Of a stretch of DNA of 64,000 bases, positions 49,657 through 58,700 are shown one piece after another. Each line of letters opens with the position of its first letter. The stretch's first letter is position 1. Source of the DNA: an uncultured Bacteroidales bacterium (GTDB taxonomy: Bacteria > Bacteroidota > Bacteroidia > Bacteroidales > FEN-979); assembly GCA_963768805.1 (NCBI GenBank), contig CAVYJI010000003.1, forward strand, positions 25,765 to 89,764, given 5' to 3'. A program made the position numbers and the translations under genes. The notes under the pieces are model-generated. The model worked only from the letters and a program-made list of their open reading frames with translations, was not told where the DNA came from and made no database searches.

Positions 49657-51336
49657 ATGGCCGACGACAAAAAGATCATATTTTCGATGGTGAATGTCAG
49701 CAAGACATTTCCACCCCATAAACAGGTATTAAAAGATATCTATCTTTCATTTTATTATGGAGCGAAGATCGGCATTATAGGACTGAACGGGTCAGGTAAA
49801 TCCACTTTGCTTAGGATCATCGCCGGTCTTGAAAAATCCTTCCAGGGAAATGTAGTCTTCTCCCCGGGTTACAGCATTGGTATCCTTGAGCAGGACCCGT
49901 TGGTCGACTCAAACAAGACGGTCCTGGAGATCGTAAAGGAAGGCGTCGAGGAAGTAGTAAGGCTGCTTGAAGAATATGAGCAGGTGAATGCGCAGTTTGG
50001 GGAAACCCTTACAGATGCCGAGATGGATAAGTTGATCCAGCGCCAGGGGGAGTTGACCGAACTGCTTGACCATCACAATGCATGGGATCTGGACAGCAGG
50101 CTTCAGCGTGCAATGGATGCCCTCCGGTGCCCTGAGGGCGACCGCCCTGTGAATGTGCTGTCAGGCGGGGAAAAAAGAAGGGTAGCTTTGTGCCGCCTCC
50201 TGCTGAAAGAACCTGATATCCTCCTGCTGGATGAACCTACCAATCACCTGGATGCCGAATCGGTACAATGGCTTGAACAGCATCTCCAGCAATATAAAGG
50301 AACAGTCATAGCGATCACTCACGACCGGTATTTCCTTGATAATGTTGCCGGGTGGATCCTGGAACTGGACCGGGGCGAAGGCATCCCATGGCAGGGAAAC
50401 TATTCGTCCTGGCTTGAGCAAAAATCAAACCGCCTGGCCATGGAAGAGAAATTTGAAAGCAAGCGCAGAAAAACTCTCGAAAGGGAACTCGAATGGGTCA
50501 GGATGTCACCAAAGGCACGCCAAGCCAAAGGGAAAGCAAGACTTGCAGCCTATGAACGACTGTTGAACGAGGATGTCAAACAGAAGGAAGAGAGGCTGGA
50601 GCTCTATATTCCAAACGGACCCAGACTGGGAAATAAGGTGATCGATGCATCTGCAGTCTCAAAATCATTCGGGAACAACCTGCTGTTCGAGAATCTCGAA
50701 TTCTCATTGCCTCCAGCAGGTATCGTCGGTGTGATCGGTCCGAACGGTGCCGGGAAGACCACCCTGTTCCGCCTGATCATCGGCTCTGAAAAGCCTGACA
50801 GCGGTACTTTTAAGATCGGTGATACCGTGAAAATAGGTTATATAGATCAAAGCCATACTGCAATTGATCCTGAAAAGACAGTCTTTCAAGTCATTTCGAA
50901 TAACAGCGAGATCATCCAGCTTGGCGGGAAGTCGATGAACGCAAGGGCCTATGTGGCGAGGTTTAACTTCACCGGGGCTGACCAGGAAAAGAAATGCGGC
51001 GTGCTGTCAGGAGGTGAACGAAACAGGCTTCATCTTGCCCTCACCCTGAAAGAAGAAGCCAATGTACTCCTCCTCGACGAGCCTACCAATGACATTGACG
51101 TAAATACCTTAAGAGCATTGGAAGAAGGACTCGAGAATTTTGCCGGTTGTGCGGTTATCATATCCCATGACCGTTGGTTCCTCGACCGGGTGGCAACGCA
51201 TATTCTCGCATTCGAAAGTAATTCACAGGTATATTTCTTCGAAGGCGGATATTCTGAATACGAAGAAAACCGGAAAAAACGTCTTGGCGACGAGATCCCT
51301 ACCCGGATCCGGTACAAGAAGCTGAAAGCGGATTAA
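49657..51336 (+). CDS. ettA: ABC-F ATPase, energy-dependent translational throttle protein EttA
   Basis: About 559 aa from MADDKKIIFSMVNVSKTF. It has two ABC cassettes (GLNGSGKST / LSGGEKRRVAL; GPNGAGKTT / LSGGERNRLHL) with no TM domain, and the length and linker are typical of EttA. Confidence 0.92.
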   Translation: MADDKKIIFSMVNVSKTFPPHKQVLKDIYLSFYYGAKIGIIGLNGSGKSTLLRIIAGLEKSFQGNVVFSPGYSIGILEQDPLVDSNKTVLEIVKEGVEEVVRLLEEYEQVNAQFGETLTDAEMDKLIQRQGELTELLDHHNAWDLDSRLQRAMDALRCPEGDRPVNVLSGGEKRRVALCRLLLKEPDILLLDEPTNHLDAESVQWLEQHLQQYKGTVIAITHDRYFLDNVAGWILELDRGEGIPWQGNYSSWLEQKSNRLAMEEKFESKRRKTLERELEWVRMSPKARQAKGKARLAAYERLLNEDVKQKEERLELYIPNGPRLGNKVIDASAVSKSFGNNLLFENLEFSLPPAGIVGVIGPNGAGKTTLFRLIIGSEKPDSGTFKIGDTVKIGYIDQSHTAIDPEKTVFQVISNNSEIIQLGGKSMNARAYVARFNFTGADQEKKCGVLSGGERNRLHLALTLKEEANVLLLDEPTNDIDVNTLRALEEGLENFAGCAVIISHDRWFLDRVATHILAFESNSQVYFFEGGYSEYEENRKKRLGDEIPTRIRYKKLKAD

Positions 51337-51438
51337 CTTCAGGAGTGACAGGATGACAGAGTCACAGGTCACAACTGTTCAGAGTGATCTGTGTTCAGAA
51401 TGAACCCAAATAATATCCTGCAACTGATGGATAATTTT

Positions 51439-51446
51439 TATCTTTG
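51439..51446 (+). promoter_or_regulatory. '-7' box TATCTTTG upstream of hisS
   Basis: Exact TAnnTTTG match, 15 nt before the ATG at 51462. The track start at 51444 (TTG) lies inside this box and is rejected. Confidence 0.45.
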
Positions 51447-51461
51447 TGCAAATTTCATGGA

Positions 51462-52844
51462 ATGTCACTCCAGAAACCCTCTATTCCCAAAGGCACACGT
51501 GATTTTTCACCGCCTGAAATGGCGAGGAGAAACTATATCTTCGATACCATCCGAAAGGTATTCCAGCTATTCGGCTACCAGCCTATTGAAACACCGGCCA
51601 TGGAAAATCTTGCCACATTACTGGGGAAGTATGGTGAAGAGGGTGATAAGCTGCTCTTCAGGATCCTTAACTCGGGTGATTTTCTTGATTCCCTGAAGGA
51701 TGAAGATCTCTCTGGAGGAAATTATAAATACCTGATACCCAGGATCTCAGAAAAAGGATTGCGATATGACCTTACGGTCCCTTTTGCACGATTCGTAGTC
51801 CAGCATCAGAACGAGATCACCTTTCCTTTCAAGCGATACCAGGTACAGCCGGTCTGGCGTGCCGACCGGCCCCAGAAGGGACGCTACAGAGAGTTCTTCC
51901 AGTGTGATGTGGATGTTATAGGCAGCGATTCCCTGTTATATGAAGCCGAGCTTATCCAGATCGTTGACAAGGTCTTCACGGGCCTTGGAGTGAAATATAC
52001 CGTCAAACTAAATAACCGTAAGATACTTTCAGGGATTGCGGAGGTGATCGGAGAACCGGGACGGCTGATCGATCTGACTGTTTCACTTGATAAGATGGAT
52101 AAAGCCGGGATAGAGCCGGTTATCGCCGAGCTCCGTGAAAAGGGATTTTCAGATGCTTCGCTCAGCGCCCTGGAGCCTTTTTTGAATTATGCCGGCGAAA
52201 AGGATCTTAATAAGCTCCTTCAATTTTTAAAAGGAAAACTACAATCCTCTTCTATTGGAATAGAAGGGATCAAAGAATTTGAAACAATAATGGCTTACCT
52301 GGGTGACCTTGACCTGTTTAAATATATTGAACCGGATATTTCCCTTGCCCGGGGACTTAATTATTATACCGGCACGATCATCGAAGTGAAGGCTGTTGGT
52401 GTGCCCATTGGCAGCATTTGTGGGGGTGGGCGTTATGATGACCTGACAGGGATCTTTGGACTTAATGGTATTTCCGGGGTTGGTATCTCCTTCGGAGCCG
52501 ACCGGATCTATGATGTGATGAAAGAGCTGAATCTGTTTCCTGGCATGATCGAGGTCACCACACAAGTCCTTTTCGTGAATTTCGGCGCTGAGGAAGAAAG
52601 ATACTGCTTTCCTTTACTTTCAGATCTGCGTGGATCGGGCATTTCTGCCGAGATCTATCCCGAAGCAACAAAACTGAAAAAACAACTGGAATATGCTAAC
52701 CGTAAGAATATTACTTATGTGGTGTTAGTGGGTGAAAATGAGATGAAGGAAAGTAAATTTACACTAAAGAATATGTATACAGGGGAGCAAGGCACGATGC
52801 CATGGGAAGAACTGAAGAGGAAACTGGTGAACGGTGAGCAGTGA
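51462..52844 (+). CDS. hisS: Histidine--tRNA ligase
   Basis: The N-terminus is MSLQKPSIPKGTRDFSPPEMARRNYI. Class II motifs are present (FRILNSGD..., YQVQPVWRADRPQKGRYREFFQCDVD, GGGRYD), with a C-terminal anticodon-binding domain. Confidence 0.95.
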   Translation: MSLQKPSIPKGTRDFSPPEMARRNYIFDTIRKVFQLFGYQPIETPAMENLATLLGKYGEEGDKLLFRILNSGDFLDSLKDEDLSGGNYKYLIPRISEKGLRYDLTVPFARFVVQHQNEITFPFKRYQVQPVWRADRPQKGRYREFFQCDVDVIGSDSLLYEAELIQIVDKVFTGLGVKYTVKLNNRKILSGIAEVIGEPGRLIDLTVSLDKMDKAGIEPVIAELREKGFSDASLSALEPFLNYAGEKDLNKLLQFLKGKLQSSSIGIEGIKEFETIMAYLGDLDLFKYIEPDISLARGLNYYTGTIIEVKAVGVPIGSICGGGRYDDLTGIFGLNGISGVGISFGADRIYDVMKELNLFPGMIEVTTQVLFVNFGAEEERYCFPLLSDLRGSGISAEIYPEATKLKKQLEYANRKNITYVVLVGENEMKESKFTLKNMYTGEQGTMPWEELKRKLVNGEQ

Positions 52845-52902
52845 TCAGTGAACAGAAAACTAAGCAACACCCAGAACCTGATAACCAATACCAAAAACTA
52901 AA
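52826..52902. repeat. 7-bp-period degenerate tract (11 units: GGTGAAC GGTGAGC AGTGATC AGTGAAC AGAAAAC TAAGCAA CACCCAG AACCTGA TAACCAA TACCAAA AACTAAA)
   Basis: Parsed by hand. It spans the last 6 codons and the stop of hisS and fills the whole spacer up to 3 nt before the start of the next gene. Confidence 0.7.
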
Positions 52903-52905
52903 CAT

Positions 52906-54429
52906 ATGACCCTTGTAATTAAAGGCGCGGGATTAACAATTGAAGACGTTGTGAACGTTGCCCGAAATAATGAAAAAGTTGAACTGGATAAAAAGGCTAT
53001 TGAGCGGATCAATGTGTGCCGTGCCATGCTGGAAAAGAAGATCGAAGCCCATGAGATCATGTATGGCGTTAATACCGGTATCGGTGAATTCTCGGAAGTG
53101 GTGCTGAATGACGACCAGGTGAAAGATTTCCAGAAATACCTTATATATAACCATGCTGCAGGTATCGGCGACCCGATGCCTCATGACTGGGTGCGTGGTG
53201 CCATGCTGGGGCGCATCAATGTACATGCACACGGCAATTCAGGTTCACGGATCGAGATCACGCAGACACTGGTGGATATGCTCAATAAAGGGGTTACTCC
53301 TTTTGTTTGCCAGAAGGGTTCAGTGGGCGCCTGCGGAGACCTTGCACCAATGTCGCAGATCGCTTTGCTGATGATGGGTGAAGGTCATGCTTATTATAAA
53401 GGAAAATTATATACGGGAAAGGAAGCGCTTTACAAAGCAGGGATTCCTGTTCCGGGATTAAAGGCAAGGGATGGATTGGCGACCATCAATGGCTCAAATG
53501 TCATGACTGCCATGAGTGCCCTCTTTCTCTATGATGCCAATAACTGGCTGAAACAAGCGGAGATCGCTGCTGCGATGTCGCTGGAAGCCATGAAAGCCAA
53601 TATGAGGCCCTATCTGCCGAAGCTGCATGAGGCCAGGGGCTTTAAAGGAGCAATCAGGAGCGCTGCTGCCATTCTGAAATGCGTACAGGGGGGTGATCTC
53701 GCTGAAAGAAAAGTAAAATGCAAAGTCCAGGATGCCTATTCGATGCGTTCGACGCCACAGGTAATAGGGGCAGCTCACGACGCCCTTGCCTATGCACGTT
53801 CGCAGGTTGAGATCGAGTTGAACGGTGTCGGGGATAACCCGGTCTTTTTCCCTGAAGAGAACCTTCAGCTATCGGGAGCCAATTTCCAGGGTTCGCCGGT
53901 GTCGGTCCCCATGGATATGGCAGGAATGGTCATTACCATGGTATGTGTGATGTCCGAAAGGAGGATGAACCGTCTGAACAATCCTGCGCTCAGTGTTGGT
54001 CTGCCTGCTTTCCTTACCAAAGGAGCCGGGATGTTCAGCGGTATGATGCTGAGCCAGTATACAGCCGACATGCAGATCGTGGAACAACGGATCCTTTCGG
54101 CTCCTGCTTCGATACAATCCATTCCTGCCGCCGCCGACCAGGAAGACTTTGTGTCAATGGGCATGAATACCGCACTGAAGAATTTCCAGATCCTCGATAA
54201 CGCCTATGGTATACTCGGCATAGAATTCATGGCAGCCGCACAGGCACTCGATTTCAGGGATTATAAATTCGGAGCCGGCGTCAGTAAAGCAAAGGATGTC
54301 ATACGGAAACATGTTGCCTTCCTTGATGTTGACCGGCCTTTGTATCCCGACCATAATACCATGAAAGCACTGGTCAGCTCATGCGAGATCCTGGATGAGG
54401 TTGAAAAAACTGTGGGAAGACTTGAGTGA
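52906..54429 (+). CDS. MIO-family aromatic amino acid ammonia-lyase/aminomutase homologue (HAL/PAL/TAL superfamily) with an Ala-Cys-Gly triad
   Basis: 507 aa. It has YGVNTGIGEFS, GSVGACGDLAPMS (A142-C143-G144 where the family has ASG), INGSN, QDAYSMRSTPQV, GANFQGSPV and DQEDFVSMG. No hutU or hutI is nearby. Confidence 0.85.
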   Translation: MTLVIKGAGLTIEDVVNVARNNEKVELDKKAIERINVCRAMLEKKIEAHEIMYGVNTGIGEFSEVVLNDDQVKDFQKYLIYNHAAGIGDPMPHDWVRGAMLGRINVHAHGNSGSRIEITQTLVDMLNKGVTPFVCQKGSVGACGDLAPMSQIALLMMGEGHAYYKGKLYTGKEALYKAGIPVPGLKARDGLATINGSNVMTAMSALFLYDANNWLKQAEIAAAMSLEAMKANMRPYLPKLHEARGFKGAIRSAAAILKCVQGGDLAERKVKCKVQDAYSMRSTPQVIGAAHDALAYARSQVEIELNGVGDNPVFFPEENLQLSGANFQGSPVSVPMDMAGMVITMVCVMSERRMNRLNNPALSVGLPAFLTKGAGMFSGMMLSQYTADMQIVEQRILSAPASIQSIPAAADQEDFVSMGMNTALKNFQILDNAYGILGIEFMAAAQALDFRDYKFGAGVSKAKDVIRKHVAFLDVDRPLYPDHNTMKALVSSCEILDEVEKTVGRLE

Positions 54430-54453
54430 ACTCATTAAACTAATAAACTATTG

Positions 54454-54894
54454 ATGGAAGAGGAACAGCTACCACCGGTCGCCGGGTCGAAGGAGAAGCG
54501 TCCCGGACTGCTCACCCTGTTATGTATTCTGACCTTCATCGGCAGCGGATTGAATGCATTATCGAACCTGATGTTTTTCGTTTTTTATGATGTATCTATG
54601 AAATTTGCATCTGAAATGGTGAAGACTTTCAAGATATCCGGTATGGAACAGTTCCTGGATGCGAAGCCTTCGTACTTTGCTGTAACTGCCCTGATCAATG
54701 CTCTGGCTGTAGCAGGTGCAGCATGGATGTGGCAACTCAGGAAACCGGGCTTTCATTTGTATACCATCGCACAGATACTGGTGATCATTGCACCTATGGT
54801 TTTCTTCCGGCTTCCCGGCCCTGACCTGTTCAGTGTCCTCCTCTCAGGAATTTTTGTAGTGCTGTATAGTACGACCCTGAAAAAGATGTCCTGA
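54454..54894 (+). CDS. Small polytopic membrane protein (about 146 aa, about 4 TM), paralog a
   Basis: It has hydrophobic helices and starts 24 nt after the lyase stop. It shares layout and motifs with the next ORF (RPGLLTLLCILTFIGSG vs RPLVLTLLCLFSFVFFG; WMWQLRKPGF vs LIWKMRRAGY). Confidence 0.7.
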   Translation: MEEEQLPPVAGSKEKRPGLLTLLCILTFIGSGLNALSNLMFFVFYDVSMKFASEMVKTFKISGMEQFLDAKPSYFAVTALINALAVAGAAWMWQLRKPGFHLYTIAQILVIIAPMVFFRLPGPDLFSVLLSGIFVVLYSTTLKKMS

Positions 54895-54896
54895 AG

Positions 54897-55316
54897 ATGG
54901 AAGAGATAAATAAGACAGACAATACACCTAAAGAAGCAGCCAGCCGGCCACTGGTCCTGACGTTGCTCTGCCTTTTTTCTTTTGTCTTTTTTGGCCTGGC
55001 TTCAGTTCTTTTTCTCCTTGCATTGCTCTGGTCAGGCTCCATTGCGGATATGGTGCTCAGGTATGCTCCTGAACAGGCGGTTAACAGGGTTGGGGTGCTT
55101 TTTTACATCCTGGGCGGGTTGCTGTTTCATTCAGTTTCATTTGCCGGAACAATATTAATATGGAAGATGAGAAGGGCGGGTTACCTGATATTCGGTACCT
55201 CCTCGCTGATAATCGCCGCATATCAATTATTCGCAACACAGATTTCCTCCCTTACCACGGCCTTTTATATAGCGCTGATCATTGCTTTTGGCTTCTTTTT
55301 CAAAAGATTCAGATAG
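54897..55316 (+). CDS. Small polytopic membrane protein (139 aa, about 4 TM), paralog b
   Basis: It starts 2 nt after the paralog a stop and has the same predicted topology and shared motifs. Confidence 0.7.
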   Translation: MEEINKTDNTPKEAASRPLVLTLLCLFSFVFFGLASVLFLLALLWSGSIADMVLRYAPEQAVNRVGVLFYILGGLLFHSVSFAGTILIWKMRRAGYLIFGTSSLIIAAYQLFATQISSLTTAFYIALIIAFGFFFKRFR

Positions 55317-55330
55317 CATTTTTCCCATAT

Positions 55331-55502
55331 GAACCCCAGGGCAAGCACTGGACCCTAATTCAGCTCCAAGGGGCGGGGTACCTGCCTGCCGGCAGGCAGG
55401 TTATACCCTCCGACTTCGTCGGGATTGACTGCCTGCCGGCAGGCAGGTTCAACTATCAATTTTAATTCACCATGTTCTTAAAATTGAAGTTTCACGAATA
55501 AA
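55331..55502 (-). repeat. Stacked-hairpin intergenic repeat, copy C (inverted; contains two nested palindromes)
   Basis: The reverse complement aligns with copies A and B over the whole length. CCTGCCTGCCGGCAGGCAGG is at 55381..55400, and a second copy, CTGCCTGCCGGCAGGCAG, is at 55429..55446, inserted at a different position of the element. Confidence 0.85.
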
Positions 55503-55760
55503 ATGCAAACTATTAATTTTAAACAGGTTAAATAATTCTGATCTTTTCCAAATAATTTATATTAATTTTTTTTTAACTTTTTTTAAGATTTGTTTGACTT
55601 TTAAGGATTTTATTTCATAAACTTGCATTGGATATGAAGAAAGGCTTGTTATCAACACTCAATATATACATGATACTGGTTTACATTATCAGGTGTAACC
55701 CGGTGACCTTATTAATATTAGACTGATTATTAATCCTTTTACTAACCAAAATCATCCACT

Positions 55761-58700
55761 ATGAGAAAATTTACCATTGTCCTTGCTTTTCTTCTATTGG
55801 CAGGACTGCAAGGCGTTCTTGCACAAACACGGGTCATATCCGGTGTTGTCACATCATCGGAGGACAAGTCCCCTATTCCCGGGGTGACCATTGTAGTCAA
55901 AAGCACGACCATTGGGACCACTACCAATGTTGACGGGAAATATGTTTTGTCTGTTCCGGGTAAGTACGATGTACTGACCTTTTCCTATGTAGGGATGAAG
56001 ACAAAAGATGTAAAGATCGGCGAATCCAATACGATTGATCTTGTGATGGAGCCCGACATTATGAACATGGATGAGATCGTTGTGACTGCCATCGGTATTC
56101 CGAGGGAAACGAAAGCTCTGAGCTATTCAGTGCAGAATGTTTCATCAGAGGACATCGGTAAAGCAGCACAGACAGATATGATCAACAGTTTGCAGGGAAA
56201 GGTCTCTGACGTGCAGGTTGTCAGTTCATCCGGAGCTGTTGGTGCTGCATCTTATATCCAGATCCGTGGGGTAACCTCCCTGACACAAAACAACCAGCCC
56301 CTCTTTGTAGTGGATGGTGTTCCTGTTGCAGGAGCTGAAACAGGTGGTGATATTGAAGCTGCCACAAATAATAATTTTGATGGTGTTGCGCTGTCCAACC
56401 GTGCCATTGACCTTAACCCTGACGACATTGAATCTGTCAGCATTCTGAAAGGCGGGGCAGCAACCGCACTCTATGGTTTGCGTGCTGCATCCGGAGCAGT
56501 TATTATCACCACAAAGAAGGGAAAAGCCACGACTGGTAAAAAGATCTCAGTGAATTTCAGCACATCTGTCAAATTTGACGTTGTAAGTCAGTTACCCCAA
56601 TTGCAGAAACAATACGGACAGGGGACACAAGGAAACTGGATCTCAGGAAACAAATTCAGCTGGGGTCCGAAACTGGATACCTGTGCATATGATAAAACAA
56701 ACTGGAGCACCTATGAATGGAAAGATTTTGATGTCGATGGAAGGATCGTAAGCAAAAACGCACCTGGTGCCACCAGTGGGTCAGTTAATACATACAGCCC
56801 TTATCAATTCTTCCAGACCGGGTTGACAACTGATAACTCCATCGCATTGAGCGGAGGAGGCGATATTTCTACCTTCTATTTCAGTTTCTCGGATAACCAG
56901 ACCAAGGGGATCATTCCCAATAATACCATGCACAGGAACACTTTCAAGATATCCGGCGATTCAAAACTTTCAGATCACTGGAAGGTATCCGGTACTGCAA
57001 ATTATATCATCACATCTGCAAACCGTATACAGCAGGGTAACAATACTTCGGGAGTAATGCTTGGCTTGTTAAGAACGCCTCCCACATTCAACAATGCAGC
57101 CGGTTATGTCTTCTCATCCGACTACCTGTTACCGGATGGTTCACCAGTACCCAGTGCAGGGAACGAAAGAAGTTATCGTCATGGGATCTATTATGACAAT
57201 CCCTACTGGACTGCAAATGAAAACCATTACATGGATGCTGTAAACCGTCTGATCGGTTCGGCACAGGTGGATTACCTGGCAAACAAATGGCTTTCTTTTA
57301 CCTATCGTATAGGTATGGACTGGTACCAACGGAAAATCGACGATGACCTTGCAGTAGGGTCATCGACTCAACCGGCAGGCTGGGCAAAAAGAGGTGAAGA
57401 ACTAAGCAAGAATTTCAATTCTGACCTCTTTATGACCATTGATAAGAATTTTGCAAAGGATTTCAATGTTCACTTTATCCTGGGCCAGAATATGTCTGAA
57501 CAATATTTTAGTGGCCTTTACTCACAAGCATTGGGACTGGTAATTCCGGAATATTATGACCTGAACAATACCACGAGCATCGCTTCCCAGGAGTCAACTT
57601 CTGATCTCAGGAGAGCCGGTTTTTACGGAGATCTGACACTGGCCTGGAAAAACATGCTTTATTTGACGGCTACCGGCAGGAATGACTGGTCAACCACTTT
57701 GCCCGCAAATAAGAATTCGTTTTTCTATCCATCTGTCGGGTTGGGATGGATCTTTACCGGGTTAGATGCTTTAAAGGATAACAAGGTGCTTCCTTATGGA
57801 AAGATCCGTGTTTCTTATTCTGTTACGGCGAAGGATGCACCTCCATATGCTACCCTTACCCCTTATACTGCGCCTGCTGTTGCTGACGGATGGACGACCG
57901 GTTTGACCTGGCCTTTCAACGGCACCAATGGATTTTTACTCAGTAGCACCTTGGGTAATAACCAGTTAAAGCCTGAAAAGACCGGCAATTTTGAAACCGG
58001 TATCGACCTTAAATTCATTCAGAACAGGATAGGTGTATCTTACACTTTCTTCGACAATTTAACGACAGATGATATTCTTAATGTTCCCATTGCTGCAACC
58101 ACAGGTTATACTTCAGTCTGGCTGAATGCAGGTTCCATAAGGACTTCCGGACATGAAATAACCCTGGATCTTGTTCCCATAAAATCAAAGAACTGGGAAT
58201 GGGATATTACAGGAAACTGGTCGAAAATTGACAATACTGTGAAGGCCCTTGCTCCCGGTATCAATCGTCTTTATCTTGCAGGATTCACTGGTTCTGAAGT
58301 TGATGCCGTTGTTGGCCAGCCCTATCGTACAATTTATGGTTATGACTGGGTACGCGATAAAAATGGCAACGTACTTATCGGCGCTAATGGATACCCTACA
58401 ATGTCATCCAACGAGACTGCCCTGGGCAACGTAGATCCAAAATGGACAGCAGGTATCAGCACCACACTTCGCTGGAAAGACCTGAGTCTTTATATGCTTG
58501 TTGACATCAAGCATGGCGGAAAAATGTGGGATGGTACCCGTGGAGCCCTTGATTATTTCGGAGTTTCAGCCGGTACACTGAACAGGGGTGAACTTGTCAC
58601 ATTCCCGGGAGTTATGGCTGACGGCAGCAAAAACACCATGAAGGTTCCTTTGGACCAGGCCTGGTACCAGTCAGACGGAAGCGGATTTGTCGGCGCTACT

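Noticed and set aside
51391-51696. 101-aa plus-strand ORF and the 51444 (TTG) start of the hisS track ORF
   Set aside because: The first is out of frame with hisS and begins in the 8-mer tract. The TTG at 51444 lies inside the -7 promoter box, and the canonical HisS N-terminus begins at the ATG at 51462.
52906-54429. Calling this gene hutH (histidine ammonia-lyase of the Hut pathway)
   Set aside because: There are no hutU, hutI or hutG neighbours. The YGVNTGIGEFS and NFQG motifs differ from typical HutH (TGFG, NFH), and the MIO triad is atypical. I kept it at the superfamily level only.
55634-55726. Short ORF (MKKGLLSTLNIYMILVYIIRCNPVTLLILD) in the AT-rich region upstream of the SusC-like gene
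   Set aside because: It is only about 30 codons in AT-rich DNA where such ORFs arise by chance. It has no conservation evidence and no promoter or coupling signal.
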